Part shown: positions 1-14,900 of the stretch, piece by piece
How the letters are laid out: every line of letters begins with the position of its first letter
How positions within the stretch are numbered: the stretch's first letter is position 1
Origin: Raja brachyura
Lineage: Eukaryota
Length of the DNA: 64,000 nucleotides
Reading direction: 5' to 3'
NCBI GenBank assembly: GCA_963514005.1
Contig: OY740789.1
Span: forward strand, 13,082,001 to 13,146,000
Made by a program: the position numbers and the translations under genes
Notes under the pieces: generated by a model
The model's database searches: none
The model's input: the letters and a program-made list of their open reading frames with translations, nothing else
What the model was told of the DNA's origin: nothing

Positions 1-1124
1 TCATACTTTCACAATTACACAGGTTGACTGGAATTCTTCATCAGAATATGCCATATGGACTTGTAAACTGCTGGTGTTTTCACTTGGGATGGAGGACCCC
101 TCACAAATGGAGGAGACCCAACCAGACTTCTCTAAAGGTCACTGGTTATTGAAAATAATCCAAAAGGTCTACTGCAAAGCTAAATGTACAGAGGGTGAAA
201 AGAATCTTGGAAGGAATATATGTTTCCTCACATTGTAAAGTGCAATTTTCATTAAAAAAATTTGTAAAGCAACTCACAAATATGGCCAGTTTAGTACCAG
301 AGAGATTCCAATTGTGAAGTGATAAGGAACAGCCCAAATCCCAGCGAGTAACAATCCAGCAACAGAATAATGACGAAACAAAATGCTGGAGTAACTTAGC
401 GGGACAGGCAGCATCTCTGACAATATAATGACTTTTTCTAGCAGCAGCAAGGAGCAACATAAATCAATTACCCATATAACCAACCAGGAGGGAGACAGAG
501 CGAGCTGGTGTTGATGCTGGGGGCAGCGGTGCAAGGGCCAGGAGAAGTGCAAGGAGAGCTGGGGATCCAGTGTCCGAGAGTGCAGGAAGCAGTTGATAAG
601 CCAGCACCAGTGCTGGGGCAGCAGTGGGGCAGGAGAAGCGCGAGAAGGCAAAGGACAAGGAAAGTGTGAGACGGCAGGAGCGTGTGACAGTGGGAGCTGA
701 AAGCGGAGCACGGTAGTAAGAGGGAGTGCAGATAAACGCAAGGACGAGAGCAAAACAGAGATTGAGGGCAAGTGTCAGACAGAAATCAAGATCACACGTG
801 TGAAGATATGCGTTGGGCTGGAAACGAGGGATATCGCAATAAAGTGAAGGAAAGGGAATGTGAGGTCCACAGAGAGATCATAAAATGTACAGAGGGAACA
901 AAAAAATGCAAGGGAAAATAATGATACACTCATGATAACGTTTCACTGAAAGTAATATTATTTGCATCATTTGGGTGAGAAATTCAATGTAAATGTATTT
1001 TTTGTTGACTTACTATGTTCAGCAAGTAAATCTTTCAAAAAATTCAGACAATCTTTGCCTTTTGTAACTCCGAGATCATCTGTTAATGTCTAAGGCAATT
1101 GTGAAAGAGTTTAAAAGAACTGCC

Positions 1125-1134
1125 TTTATTTATT
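1125..1134 (-). promoter_or_regulatory. Overlapping AATAAATAAA, candidate AREL1 polyadenylation signal (3'UTR about 1.75 kb)
   Basis: Plus strand reads tttatttatt; 1100-2857 has no recognisable repeats, as expected for a 3'UTR. Confidence 0.45.
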
Positions 1135-2857
1135 TGTAACAAACAAATTGTATTCAAACTCATTCTCACATTTTTTCCTCAATTGTGCATTTTGCAGTCA
1201 GGTTACAGCCTTGACTATTGCAGCTACATGCCTACATGTCTGATTTATACCAGACTTGGCCCGGTGTGATGGAGGAATGTAAAGGACAGCGAGTCAACGT
1301 TTTATTTTGTGTGAGTGTGAGAAAGAGGACATTCTTTCTCACACTCTCACAACAGTTGTACTTCCCTTTTCCTGGTATATTGTATGACATCAGAGTAGAA
1401 GACAGAAAAATGTTGATAAGGGACAAGGAACACTATTTTGAAAACACCTCCTGTTCTATCTGGCTGGCTATGTGTACAGCATCTTTTCTCAAACTGAAAT
1501 ATTAAATTCAATGATACTCTGCCTTCTTTTCAATTTGCAATGTCCCAGTAATTAAAAAAAACTGGACCCATGCAGTCTGGTTGGCCTTCAGTTGTGCAGA
1601 AAACTTGCCTTCAAACACATTTGCTTATACCACACAATAATTGACCGATTTTCCACTCATATTATCTGTGATGTACGACAACCTGCTAAAACATGCATTT
1701 CAACCACATAACACATTTACTTATTTCTAAAGAGGTCTTCATAACAATGTTCCAAACGCAATCTCTTTGGGAATATGATAAATTTGATGACAAAGGGAAA
1801 GGAGGCTTGCTTATCTTCTGTCTTGAGATAAACAAAAACATTTTAGTTAATGTGCAGTATTCTATTTACAAAGATCTGCTGAAGAAATGTACCACTCCAG
1901 CATTGCAACCTCTTGATTATTAATCAACTCATTGTTCTTCCACTTCATTACCAGAATCATTTGACATTTTTCTGCTGAAACTTCCATCTGGAAACTTGAA
2001 TGAATTCTTACAACAAAACAATTGATTGCGGCCCTGTGTTTGGTTGACATCCACCTTGATTTGGATAACAAAACACAACTCAGAAAATGTGCAGGACTTG
2101 GAAGTTTGTGAGGTTGATTGTAAAGTTCTGTCGTAAAGATAAAAGGACAACAGCTTGTTGGAAGGTGGCGCCCAAGCTAGTCGACTCCCTGCGTGCTGGT
2201 CTCAGACATGGATCTGCAAGCACACATTACATTCGCTCCACTAAACTCAACTAAGGTTCCGTCAATGGGATAATTTGGGAGACAGGGCACAAAATCTGGA
2301 CTTACTTGTGGTTTTCTTCACAGTCGAGTGCTTGGCTCTGTTGCATAAACTTGCAAGGCTATTGGAATTCTCAGTAACTCGAGACAGAAAGTCTAGGTCT
2401 GAGCACTTTTTCAGCCATAGGGACAAAATGGCGGTGGACACAGACTACTGTTTGCTACAATGACCAGAGTGTTCTTTTTTATTTCCATCAAATTTCCAGT
2501 CTGATGGTAGATTCTTCAAGCTTCCCCCATATTAAGCCATCGGTGAATCAGATAAACAAAGGAGCATTCTGTGAAAGTTCTGTTTCCATGTTGAAACTGA
2601 GCACTTGTCCGCCAGGTGCTTGCCGGGCTGTTTGGAAAACATTGACTGCAGCATACTGATTTCACAGCATCTTTCAAACCTTCTTGTCAAATGTCTGAAG
2701 GGTCAGGTCAGAATAGTACAGAGGCATTCGTTGCACAATCTATGTCCAAATGGCAGAGAGGGGAAAACCAGGGGGATCTTGGATTTATAACCAGACAGAT
2801 CCTGGGTCCTGTGCTGCTGCCACTGGATGGGTCATCGTGTGCCAAAAAGCCTTAGAA

Positions 2858-2960
2858 TTACAGCATTCCAAACCCTTCACTGCCTTCATTAATGGCCAGT
2901 TTTAACATCTTATGCAGCTCTTCATATGAATCATAGGTTGGAAGGCACAACTGGTTAAAG
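2858..2960 (-). CDS. AREL1: AREL1 last coding exon (C)[33 protein letters not shown]
   Basis: AG acceptor at 2962-2961 and TAA at 2860-2858. The catalytic Cys codon TG|C is split across the last intron. Confidence 0.96.
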
Positions 2961-5900
2961 CTGGAGATACACATTAAAAGAGAGATTGATCAGTCCAAAA
3001 ACGATTTGCAGTAGATTATTTTTTTTCTCTCCAGCATAGTCATTAAATATTTACTCAGTGCTGACAATATAACGCTGCTGGTCCCTAAACAAAGATATGT
3101 CCTCCACAGGTTGGCATGCAACAAAAACTGTTCACTGTACCTCAGCAGGCGTGACACCAATCTAAACTCAAACATTGAGGATGGGGGGGGGGATTACCAA
3201 CTCTCAATTCGGTGGTTTGTACAGGATTTATATTATTCCAATAACACCCTTTTCCCCTCTAAGACCATACACCATCTGTTGCTGTCCATTCCACTCTCTT
3301 TCTCGTTTTCTCTTTTTTGATCTCTTCTCCCGACGGAGATGCTACATTTTCCGTATCGTATCTCCGTCCACACTGCGGCTATAACATCGTGAAGCTGCCG
3401 TTCCCTTTGTTAGGAATCGACTTCGGGAGCTCCAACCGCAGGAGCTCCAACCGCCCCGATCGTCCCAACGTAGGGGCTTCGATCGCCGACAGCGGGAGCT
3501 TTGATCGCCCCGACTGCGGAAGTTTCGATTGCCCCGACCACGGGAGAAAAGAAGGTATAAGTTATTTGCCTTCCATTACAGTGGGGAATGTGAGGTCGCC
3601 GAAAAAACAAGGTGGATGTGCTGCCTGCACTGGTGAGGACTGGGAGGGAGTGCCGTGAGTGCAGTGATCGCGGTGTTTTGTGGGGACATGGCTCCATGAG
3701 GACATCCCGGAGTCTGGTGCGAGTGTGGATGGCTTTCTGACTGTTCGGGCGGACAGGGACTGCGGAGAGAGTGACAGGGGTCGGTACAACTCTGGCCACA
3801 TCACGGTGGAGGAGTGTGTGTGTGACCCGGACATTGAACTGATGGTGGGCCTCCGCTTATGCTGTGTGCCCTGGAGATTCTCACATGCTGTTGTGCTGGC
3901 TGTTTAAGTCTATGTTTAATTTTTATGTGGTTATATATCTTCTTGCTTTTTTTGTATGACTGTTGGCAAATCAAATTCCTTGTTTACAGACTTGGCTAAT
4001 AAATTAATTAGAGTTACAATTTCACTTCACACTCTTTCCTGTTGCATGTGTTCTAACTACCTGTGGATGTGGTTAGGGATGATAGTCCCAATTGGGGAAA
4101 AACATTTTCAGCAGACAATATATCAAGTACCCACCCACAGACACATCCCTTTTGCTGACCCACTCACCAGGTATGAGCTGTGGGCAAGGAACTCTGCGTA
4201 GGTGCTGCAATGATCTGGAAAGATGGGCACATTGCCACAAATCCTCCCGGCGGTAGCTGGGAAGAGCCCGTGGTGAACTGCAACAACCGAGCAAGTTCCT
4301 CTTGAGTGAAACTTGACACCACTGTCCAGAACCACTTCATTACCTGTGGTGGAGGTGGGGCGGGGGTAGGAGTGAGCAAAGAGGAAGGGACAGGGAGAGA
4401 AACACGCAGACATATGATTTAAGATTTGTCAATCTTATTCGCTGTCATTTATCAATGTTACATTTCTGGTGGGTTAAATACGAAACTGGGAAGATCTTTC
4501 CACTCAATTGTGGGGATTCAACATCAAATCATTAATCTCTATAATCTTCCCACTCGACCTTAACTTACCAGGATAGGGTCTGCTAACAACAATCAGCTCC
4601 TTAAAGGATCTTTGCTGAAAACTCCAATGAGCCAATCAAAATGGCCGGTCAGCGAAGGAGATTGCCTTTGACTGCCTGTAAAGTAAATAGTGACCCAACT
4701 CCACTGGCTTCGACCAAATGGCAACCTATTTTTAGTCGAGCCTTTTTTTTTTAATTTAAATTTATTTTTTTTAATAATCGCAGGAACATGGAAGAAGCCT
4801 CGAGTACGCGGAAACCACTTTCCACCATTAGGGAGAGTGACCAAAACCTCCGGGAACCTCACAGCAACCTTGGGTGGGGCGCAAGGTCTCCAGAGGTTTC
4901 CGTTCTGGTTTCCTAAGTGAGACAGGAGCATTATTTAATATTAAATCTAATGTATATTGTTGTTTGTATACTAACACTTCGCAATGCTAGCACGTTGTTA
5001 TAAACATCTTCAACATGAATCTAAGGTAGACACAAATGCTGGAGAACTTCAGCGGATGAGGCAGCATCTATCAGCATTTTTGTCTATATTAGAATTTTCC
5101 AGCATCTGCAGTTCTTTCTTAAACAACATGAATCTAAAATTATTTTTGATTGCTTAATTCTACACATTAAGCAATCAAATGTGTAGAATTTTCACGGCCT
5201 GCTAATAGTTTATTGTGGCTTAATTTAAAATATTTCAATAACATTTTCATTTTCTTATAACACCTGAAGGTCTGAGCTGTGCCAACCATGCCACTGCAAA
5301 TTCCCATTGCGTTATTATCTAGACTTGCCTTCTCTCGGAAATGCCAGGACCCTCCAACAATGACAGCATGAGTCTTGAAATCGGGAACATTGATGTTTCC
5401 AGTCCCACACATCAACAGCTGGAAGTCAGAAATCAATAATAGAAATTACAATAGCTTTATCACTTGATTAAAAAAGTGAACAGAACAGTTTATTATTGTC
5501 GCGTGTACTGAGGTACAGTGAAAAGCTTTTGTTGCGTGCTAACTAGTTAGCGGAAATACAATACATGATTACAATTGAGCCATCCACAGTGTACAGATAC
5601 ATGATAAAGAGAATAATGTGAATAACGTTTAGTGCACGATAAAGTCCAGTAAAGTCAGATCAATGATAGTGCGAGGATCTCCAATGAGGTAGATAGAAAC
5701 TCAGGACTTCTCTAATTAAAAAAGATATACCAGAGGATCTCGCACAATGTTGTTCACAGTTCAGATATTAAAGTGTATAATAATGGGAGCATTATCAGGT
5801 AGGATTAATGGTCGGTAAAAACCAGGGCATTATCAATTGAGATTATCGTCAAAGTAATAACATGGATATTATTTGGACTAATAGTCAACATAATGACGGG

Positions 5901-8900
5901 AACATTATCAATAAGGATTAATAGTGAAAGTAATAACTGGGACATTATCAATTAGGATTAACAGTCACAGTATATTGGGAGGTGGGCTATTACAGAATGA
6001 CAGGTTCACATACCCTGCATAAATAAAATTAAGTAATTTATAATTTTAAATTAATGTTTTTAATACATTTTTCAGCTGCAAGATGTACTTTGAAATGGGA
6101 GCTTCAAAAGCCACTGGTTGCAAAAATAATAACTGGTGAAGGATGTGCAAGAGTTCAATGAAAACAAAAATCAACCTTTTTTAATGCTGGCAACATGCAA
6201 AAAGTTAGACTAATGGGCCTGTCCCACTTACACGACTTCTTCGGCGACTGCCGGTACCCTGAAAATGTTCAACATGTTGAAGATCCGGCGGCGACCAGAC
6301 AGATGCTACGACTCTTTGGGCGACCGAGGAGACTACGCACGACCATACAGGCGACACCCCGGCGACATGTCGCGGGGTGAAGCTTGTATGGTCATGGGTA
6401 GTCGCCAAAGAGTCGTACCTTGTTCTGGTCGCCGCTGGATTTTCAACAGGTTGAAAATTTTCGGCGACCTATGACGAGTGCCAGCAGTCGCCGAAAATGT
6501 TGCGTAAATGGGACAGGCCCATTGTGCTTCAGATGCCAAAATTGTCTGTGTCTTTCTGGGGTCGTAAGCCTCTCTTTCCAGATTTCCAGCTCAGAACAGT
6601 GGGAAAGCTCTGATTTTAAAATAGACATGTGAGGAATGGAGATGCTGGAAGTTGCAAAGAGAGACCACATAAACAGGGTAAATCTAAAAGGTGTGAAGAC
6701 AGACCTAATCGGACTAAAGAAAAGCAGAAAGTAGTTGGGGGAGGAAAAAAAGCAGTTTAAGCTATAATGGAGAGTGGTAGACCACTAACAAAATGTTATA
6801 GATATATATACTTCACTTTTAGAACACCAAACAGTACAGCATAGGAACAGGCCCTTTGGCTCACTATGTCTGTGCTGAATGCGATGCTAAGACTGAACTT
6901 TTCAAATGCTTCAAAAGGAGGAAGTGGAAGAATGTGTTCTGGGTTACTTTTGTGAATATTTGAAGAGCTCTCTTGTCTCAAAAGGTAATGTAAAACATTG
7001 GGTCCAGTGTCAACCCAAATTGCAATTTGGGGAACTTCACATGGAAGCTGATGCTTCCTTAGGAAAAGAAAGGTCTGCAGTCTAGACATATCTTGCACGT
7101 ATAGTTCTTAAATGCTCAATCGACTGGCGAAGCCTGATAGCAGACAGCTGCCTTTGCCTCACACTGGTAACATGTATTGATGGCACATGATTGCCATCTA
7201 GTGGTATAAAGTAATTCAGTGTAGGGAATTTAAAGCTCTTTTCATAACTTTAGACTTGAGATACAGCGTGGAAACGGCTCTTCAGCCCACTGAATCCCCG
7301 CCGACTAGCGATCACCACCGTACACTAGCAGTACACTAGCACTATCCAATAAACTAAGGACAATTTACAATTTTTACCAAAGCCAATTGATGTGTTTGGA
7401 GTGTGTGGAAACCGGAGCACCGGGAGGAAACCAACGTGGTCACAGGGAGAACGTACAAACGACGTACAGACAGCATCCGTAGTTGGGAATGAACCCGGGT
7501 CTCTGGCGCTGTGAGGCAGCAACTCTACCGTAGCGCCACCCCTTATATCCTTCACAAAAGCAATTCTTTTCAATTTGCAACGCTTCCCGGTTGCCTAAAC
7601 TACCCGGCCCAGCAGCAAGCCATTCAGGATAGAAACCTTTTAAATTCAGCTCTGATCTGAGCAAATCCTGTTGGCATTGAGGAGAAACAAAAGATGAGGC
7701 CGGCTTGTTGAGGTGGTATTAGTGTCTGGCTTGATTGTGATATCCTTCAGCATAAAGCAAATTTTACATATGGAAAATACCTTACAGGAGAATGATAAGC
7801 GAACCCCAGTATTATTAGGGAAAGGAGTAGAATTAGGCCATTCGGCCCATCAAGTCTACTCTGCCTTTCAATCATATAACCATATAACAATTACAGCATG
7901 GAAACAGGCCTTCTCGGCCCCTCCAGTCCGTGCCGACCATTTATTTTCCCCTCTATTTACCGACCATTTATTTTCATGGCTGATCTATCCCTCTCTAACA
8001 CCATTCTCCTGCCTTCTCCCCATAACCTTTGGCACCTGTATCAGTGGAGCTACACACAGGATAAATAACAGCCACTTGGTCAGGGTAACAAAAATTGCCA
8101 GCAGCCAAGGAATTATTATCCAGCACCAAACACCCCTTCAACTGAGAAAGGAGCACCAAGGACGAAAAGTGAATGTGTGAAATGCAGAAACTACAAGTTC
8201 ATAAATAAAATAACACAGTCGTTACTTTTTCAGAATTGGTATTTAATTGCCTGGATAACTGATCTGGAGATAGCAGTTTAAATCTCAATAACATAACTCG
8301 GAATTTTAAATGTAAGTAATTAACTATATCCAAAATATGAATGAAACCGGTATCAGTCCTGGTGGGCTGAAACATTGGGAATGTCGTTTAAAACTCATCT
8401 GCTATATGCTCTGAAATAAGCATAGCAATCAATCAGCTCATAGGTAATTAAGTCTGAGCAATATATGTGGATCAGAGCTCTAAACAAACACTCAAGATAG
8501 ACACAAAATGCTGGAGTAACTCTGCGGGACAGGCAGCATCTCTAGCGAGAAGAAATGGGTGACATTTTGGTTCGAGACCCTTCTTCAGATTGTGAGTCAT
8601 GGTAGAGGGAAACATAGAAGGGTAAGGTGTGAAAACACAGATCAAAGGGGACGATGATCAAGGAAATGTAGAATGGTTTATTGTTAGCTGAAGGGAAGGT
8701 GACAAGGCATACAATCAGTCAACTTTAATCAGGAGGACAGTGAAACTAGTCGGAGAACTAGGATGGAGGAGGGACGATGAGAGGGAAAGCAAGGGTTACT
8801 TGAACAGTCCTGATTGAACTGATCCAGGATGGGGAGGAATCTGCCTACAGACGAAGTGACACAGCTGGCATCTTGGTGCCATCGCAACAACATGGAGCAC

Positions 8901-11900
8901 AATGCTCTTAATCGGTGGAATTGATTGTGGACTTTAGGAGAGCTGCCCCTTCCCTCTCCCCACTGACCATCAACAACACCACAGTCACATCTGTGGAGTC
9001 ATTAAAGTTCCTTGGAACCATCATCTCCAGGGACCTTAAATGGGTGGCCACCATTGACTCCAGAGTCAAAAAGGGCCAACAAAAGATTACGCCGCTGAGA
9101 AAACGCAATCTGCCACAGGCATTGATGGTCCAGTTTTATACTGCCATCATAGAGTCTGTCCTCATCTTCTCCACCCTGGTCTGGTTTGGCTCAGCCAGTA
9201 AGCATGACATCCGGCGGCTGCAGTGCATCGTTCGATCAGCTGAGAAGGTTGTTGGCTGCAACCTTCCACCCCCCATTGACAAACTGTACACTGCAAGGGC
9301 CAGGAAGCGAGCGGCTAAGATCATCTCTGACCCCCCTCTCACCCTGGTCACAAACTCTTTGAATCACTTCCCTCTGGGAAGTGACTCCGAACTGTCAAAG
9401 CCGCCACAGCCAGACATAAAAATAGCTTTTTTTCCACGAGCAGTAGCTCTACTCAATAACCAAAAGTCTGTGGCCTCATTTTGCTCTGGTATTTTATTTC
9501 ATTCACATTTCTAAACTATAATGTTTTATTCTTAATGGTTTACTGCATGCCGTGTTGTTACTTGCGAGCAGAGCACCAGGGTAAATTCCTTGTATGCATA
9601 CATACTTGGCCAATAAACTTATTCATTATTATTATTATTCATAGTTGGCTAATAACATTTTTTCAATTCAACTTGAAGTTGGAGAAATCGATATTTATAC
9701 CGCTGGGTTGTAAGCTACCCAAGTGAAATATGAGGTGCTATCCCAATTTGCAATGTGCCTCCCTCTAACAGTGGAGGCCACCAAGGAACGAAAGGTCAGT
9801 ATTGGAATGGGAGGGGGAATTAAAGTGTTTAGCAACCAGGAGACCACATAGGCCTAGGCAGACTGATCCGAGGTGTTCAACGAAACATGAACACCGTTGT
9901 GCATGGACATAGGGAATTATGTGCAAGTGTCAAGGCAACTGAGCCCATTCTAAGCACATCGTAAACAAGAATGTAGGCCAACAAACATTAGGCCAACCTG
10001 AATGTCAAGAATTATTAAGCAAGTAATAATGCTCCTAGTAACACCCAGTAACCCTTATCTGAAGCTTTGGAATAAACAATAATATGTCATGAAAGGGGGG
10101 TGAGAAAGGGGGTAGGCGAGTTGTGATTTTATTTCTTTCTGAACAGTCCTTCAATAATCAGTGTCTATATTTGCATGTGAAGACTGTCCAGACAGAAACA
10201 ATTGCTGCCTGTTGTTCTATATTGCAGCACGAATCCAGGGGGATGTCAGCAGCAAGTATTCTCAGGTTGATTAAAGCATGCACATATTATAACACTTGTC
10301 CCCAGGAGTGCCTTCCAACTGCACAAGATTATTGCATCCATTTCCTGCCAAGTCATTCTTGTCAGCCAAAGAGTGCCACATTATATGTATCTTGTGTATG
10401 TATTAGTGTTCTTTGAAAGCTGGATTAAGACCATCCCAATACATGTGTAGGAATGAACTGCAGATATAGGAAACATGTGTGGGAAAGAACTGGTTTAAAT
10501 CGAAGGTAGACACAAAATCAGGCAGCATCTCTGGAGAGATGGAATGGGTGACATTTCAAATCGTTTGTAGAAGGGTCTCGACCCGAAACATCACCCATTC
10601 CTTCTCTCCAGAGATGCTGCCTGTCCCGCTGAGTTACTCCAGCATTTTGTGTCGACCATCCCAATGCATGTTCACCTGGAAATTTCAGAATAATTCTTGA
10701 CTTGAACCTTCACGAGAGCGACTAACTGCACTCAAATCACACAATTATAATGCCACAGCTACACATAAAACAAATTGCTTCGCTTCCACTTAATATGACA
10801 ATCCAATTCTTCATTTTCTACTGTAGGAAAGAAAAGCATGAAAGCTATCTCGACACTTGATGGATACCAAAATCATCTTGTTCGTAATATGTACGGGAAA
10901 ATTGTGTTGTGTTTATTTATAGTGAATCAGAGTGTAGTTTCCCGACAAAAAAAAATGTACCACTTCTTGTAATTTGAATGTTCAGAGCAAGCGTAAACAC
11001 ATTTTTCAATATTTGGAGAAATCCCCTTAAATGTCTGTCACGGACAAGCTCACATCAAAGTGAATCAACTGCTTCTTGCGCATTACATACCTCCAACTCA
11101 TTTTCATCAAAAATTGCTAAGAGATTTTCAGGAATTAACTCATTTAAACCTAGGGGGAAAAAAAGTGAAAATATAAAATTAGAAAAGGTTCATATAAGTT
11201 TATGACTTTCAGTAAATTAATTGTGATTGTTTCGCTCCACTACTGGAAAAAATATCCCAATTTATATTTTCCCCAAAACCCATCAAAATTACAGGGGACA
11301 AAACATAAGAAATTGAAACATCAAGCCTGCTGCACCACTCAGTAACATCATGGCCGAATTTATATCTCATCGAAGTCACCCATTTCTCTTGATGTCCTTC
11401 ATTGTTTTAAAACCATGGCCTCAACCTTGAGCATACTCGAAGACTGAGCAATTGCAGGCCACTTGGGTAGCAAATGCTAAAGTTCTGCAATCTTCTGAAT
11501 AAAATTACATTCACTCAACTCTAAATCTCTACTCATGTCTGGTATAACTAGAGAACAAGGACTCCTACGTTAGATTCCTATTTATCCACTATAGCTCCAC
11601 CTTCAACATCATAATACCACCCAAATTCACCTATAAACCCCTCTCCCCTCTGCCATTTGACCTCGACTTTTTAATCCACAGACCACAATTAGCAAGGGTA
11701 GACAACAAAATCTCCTCCATAATAAATCACAACAACGCCACTCTGCAAGAATGATTTCTCAGTCACTTATTATACTCTCTGTACACTCACAACTGTTCGG
11801 CAAATTCAGTTCTAACTGCAGCTACAAGTTTATAGATGACACCACTGTGGTGGGACGAGTTACAAACAATGACGAGATGAAGTGCAGAAAGGAGATACAG

Positions 11901-14900
11901 AACTTAGTGACAGAACTGTGTTTGGACAATAAACCCTCCCTCAATGACACCAAGATGAAGAAGTTAGTTATTGACTCCAGGAAGCATGGTGGTGTAAGGC
12001 CCCAATCAGCACCAATGGTGCAGAAGTGGAAATGGTTGAGAACTTCAAGTTCCTTGACATTAATATTACCCATGATCTGTCGTGGACCAACCACATTGAT
12101 GCAACAGAGAAAAAGGTACACCAATGCCTCTACTTTCTGAGGAGACTAAGGAAATTCCAACACCTCTACCAATGCCTCTACCTATTGAGGAGACTAAAGG
12201 GGCTGTCCCACTGCGGCAACCTAATCTGCGAGTTCAGAAGAGTTTGCTCTCGACTCACACTCGCAGCATGGTCGACACGAGGTCCTAGGAAGTCTTTGTA
12301 ACTCTCCTTCATGCTCGAGAGTAGTCTCCACGTATGTCGCGGCGTATTTTTTAAAATGTTGAAAAATGCCCGTGAGTAAAAAAAGGTCGCCATGGAAGAA
12401 AAAAGATATTTAACTCATAGGTTTAGCCGAGGTAGGTCGTAGCAGATTGGCATGTTATTTGTAGGTAATCGAGGGTAGTCGAAGGTAGTCGTAGTCTTCA
12501 ACACAGTCGAAAGGAGGTCGAAGGTCATCGAATGAAGTCGTCTTCACTCTCCACTATGCGGTGTCAAATTTTCCCGAAGTTAGTCAAAGCTAGTCTTCCA
12601 CATAGTCAAAGAAAGTCGAAGGAGGTCTTCTACATTGTCGAAGGAGGTCTTTCAAACTCTCCTAAACTCGCCAATTAGGTCGCTGCAGTTGGACAGACCC
12701 TTAAAGTGAGCATAGTGGCGCAGGTGGCAGAGTTGCTACCTAGCAGCTCCAGAGACAAACGTTTCAGGCTACTTAACCGGGATGAGTCTGCCACAATAAC
12801 TATTAAGTACATACATTAAGCACATGCAGGCCTAAGCTTGTTTAAAGTATCGCTCCAAATGTAGCCTAACTAAAATTCCTCCACAGACCACTGGAATGCG
12901 AGTAGTTTGCAACTAACTGTTTTAGCCAGAAGGTCACAAACAGGCTGTAAAGATGCTGGAAGACAAGCAGATAACATTAACCAACACATTTTACTTAAAA
13001 TAAGGCCTGTGGATCGCCCCAGGTAACTCTTTCAACAAATACATGCAGTGACCAAATTCTAGATTTGTAGTTCTCTGCTGGGAATGGCATTTGAATGCTC
13101 AAAATTTGACATAAAAGTACTGCACATAGTTACTCATATTAACAAATTTCTTGCTCCATGAACAGACGTGGAAAAGCTATTCTGTACATTCAACACAATG
13201 ATTTGATAGGTTAATTATGCTCAACTTCACCAATAAGAGCAATGGCTCTGCTCGTTTTATAATCGAGTTTCATTGTAACAAAGTCATACCTTTCAGGAAA
13301 TATTCCACTTCCTGGCGCACCTGATTGGCTAGCCTGTATTGTGCAAGCATGTTCAAGTAGAATATCTTGTTGTCGTTGGTTACTGGTACCTGCGCTCCAC
13401 CAGCTATCAGCTCTATAACCTGAAAGTTAAAAGTATATTCAAAGTGAAGATCCAAAAGGGGAAATGCAGAAGCTTTCTTGGCCATATTGCCAATGGAATC
13501 AGTGATGCTAAATGGTGTATTGCCTCTAAGGTCTTAGGACAAGGAAGCAATGGGAAAGAAGTTTAAAAAAGAATTCCCACGGGGATGGGAGGGGGACACA
13601 GCTGTGCAGCAACCCTATGCAGCTGCCACACAACTCCAGTGGCCCAGTTTCAACCTTGATCTCGGCTGCTGTTTGCGTGGACCTTTCACATTCTCCCTGT
13701 GACTGAGCCAGTCTCCTTCAGGTGTTTCAGCTCCCTCTCACATCCCAGAGATGCACTGGTAGGTTAACCGCCTCCTGTAAATTGTCCCCAGTGTAGGTAG
13801 TGGCAGGAGGCTAGTTGACAGACAATCAAGGCTAGTTGACAGACATATGCGGGGTGAGAAAAGGTTACAGATGAATGGTGGGGAGGAGGGGGTGGGGCCA
13901 ATGAGACTGCACAGAGCTGACATGATGGGCTGAATAGGCTCGATCTGTATTGTACAAACATGAACAATGCAGAGATAGACACAAAGCGCTGGAGTAACTC
14001 AGAAGGCCAGGCAGCATCTCTGGAGAAAAAGAATGAGTGACACTTCGGGTCGGGACTCTTCTTCAGAGTCACCTTCGCTCAGTTTTGGCTTTCTGTCACT
14101 GTAAAGCTACATTTCTATTTACCTTCGATTTAATCTGAATGAAGTCTCCTTACTGCCATGGATATTTTTTCACAGCCAAATCTGAAACGTCGCCTATCCA
14201 TTTTCTCCAGAAATGCTGCCTGACCCACTGAGTTACTCCAGCACTTTGTGTCTAACTATTGGTATAAACCAGCATCTGCATTTCTGTGTTTCTACATTTT
14301 AAACAATACAGAGGTTTTGTATTGTTCACATTTATGCATGCAATCTAGAGGGAGCCCATTCAGGTTCATATCAGAACCTGTACGGGATAGCCCAGATATT
14401 GGAGGTTTTGCAGTAGCAAGCAGAAGCAGAATCCTCAATGTAAGGGCATGTTTAATAAAGAGATTTTTCGGGAGTTAAGGGATTTATTAAAATACAACAC
14501 CCCAAATCCCAAGTATTAATCAGTACCATTGGCTAACAAGTACTTGAATTGACTGAGTGAGGCAATCTTCAGTCTACATGAAAGAAAGGAAGTAATGTTT
14601 CACCTGACTCGGTGAAAAGCAGCAAATATGTATTCCTAACTAGAGGGATAGTAATATATTTAGGTTAAGAGGCAAGAAGATAAAAGAAAAAAGATAAGTG
14701 TATTTTAAAATATCCATGGCAGTAAGCAGACTTCACTCAGATTAAATCAAAGGTAAATAGAAATTGTAGCTTTATAGTGACAGAAAACATAACAAATGAT
14801 TCTTAACAAGAATTAAAATCAAATGGATTGACCTCTGAGATAATTAGTTGACAAGTGAAATACACAGGGCAGAAAAAGTTGATAAGTATAGGAAGAGAGT

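Noticed and set aside
464-658. Signal-peptide-like ALLALLLALAPLPP ORF
   Set aside because: No ATG in frame; leucine richness is expected from CT-rich DNA.
4590-4935. Possible additional Harbinger-like element ending taagtgagacaggagcatta
   Set aside because: Only one degenerate TIR is visible; no matching left end or TSD was found.
7500-7542. tRNA-like A/B-box sequence, also at about 25880 and 43600
   Set aside because: SINE heads with no complete cloverleaf.
12420-12660. Repeated gtcgaagg/gtagtc units resembling an array
   Set aside because: Irregular internal repeats of a MITE with no constant repeat-spacer period; not CRISPR, and the DNA is eukaryotic.
13808-13845. Short local duplications, also at 7930-7976, 12118-12197, 29522-29585 and 36944-37030
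   Set aside because: Ordinary slippage duplications inside decayed repeats.
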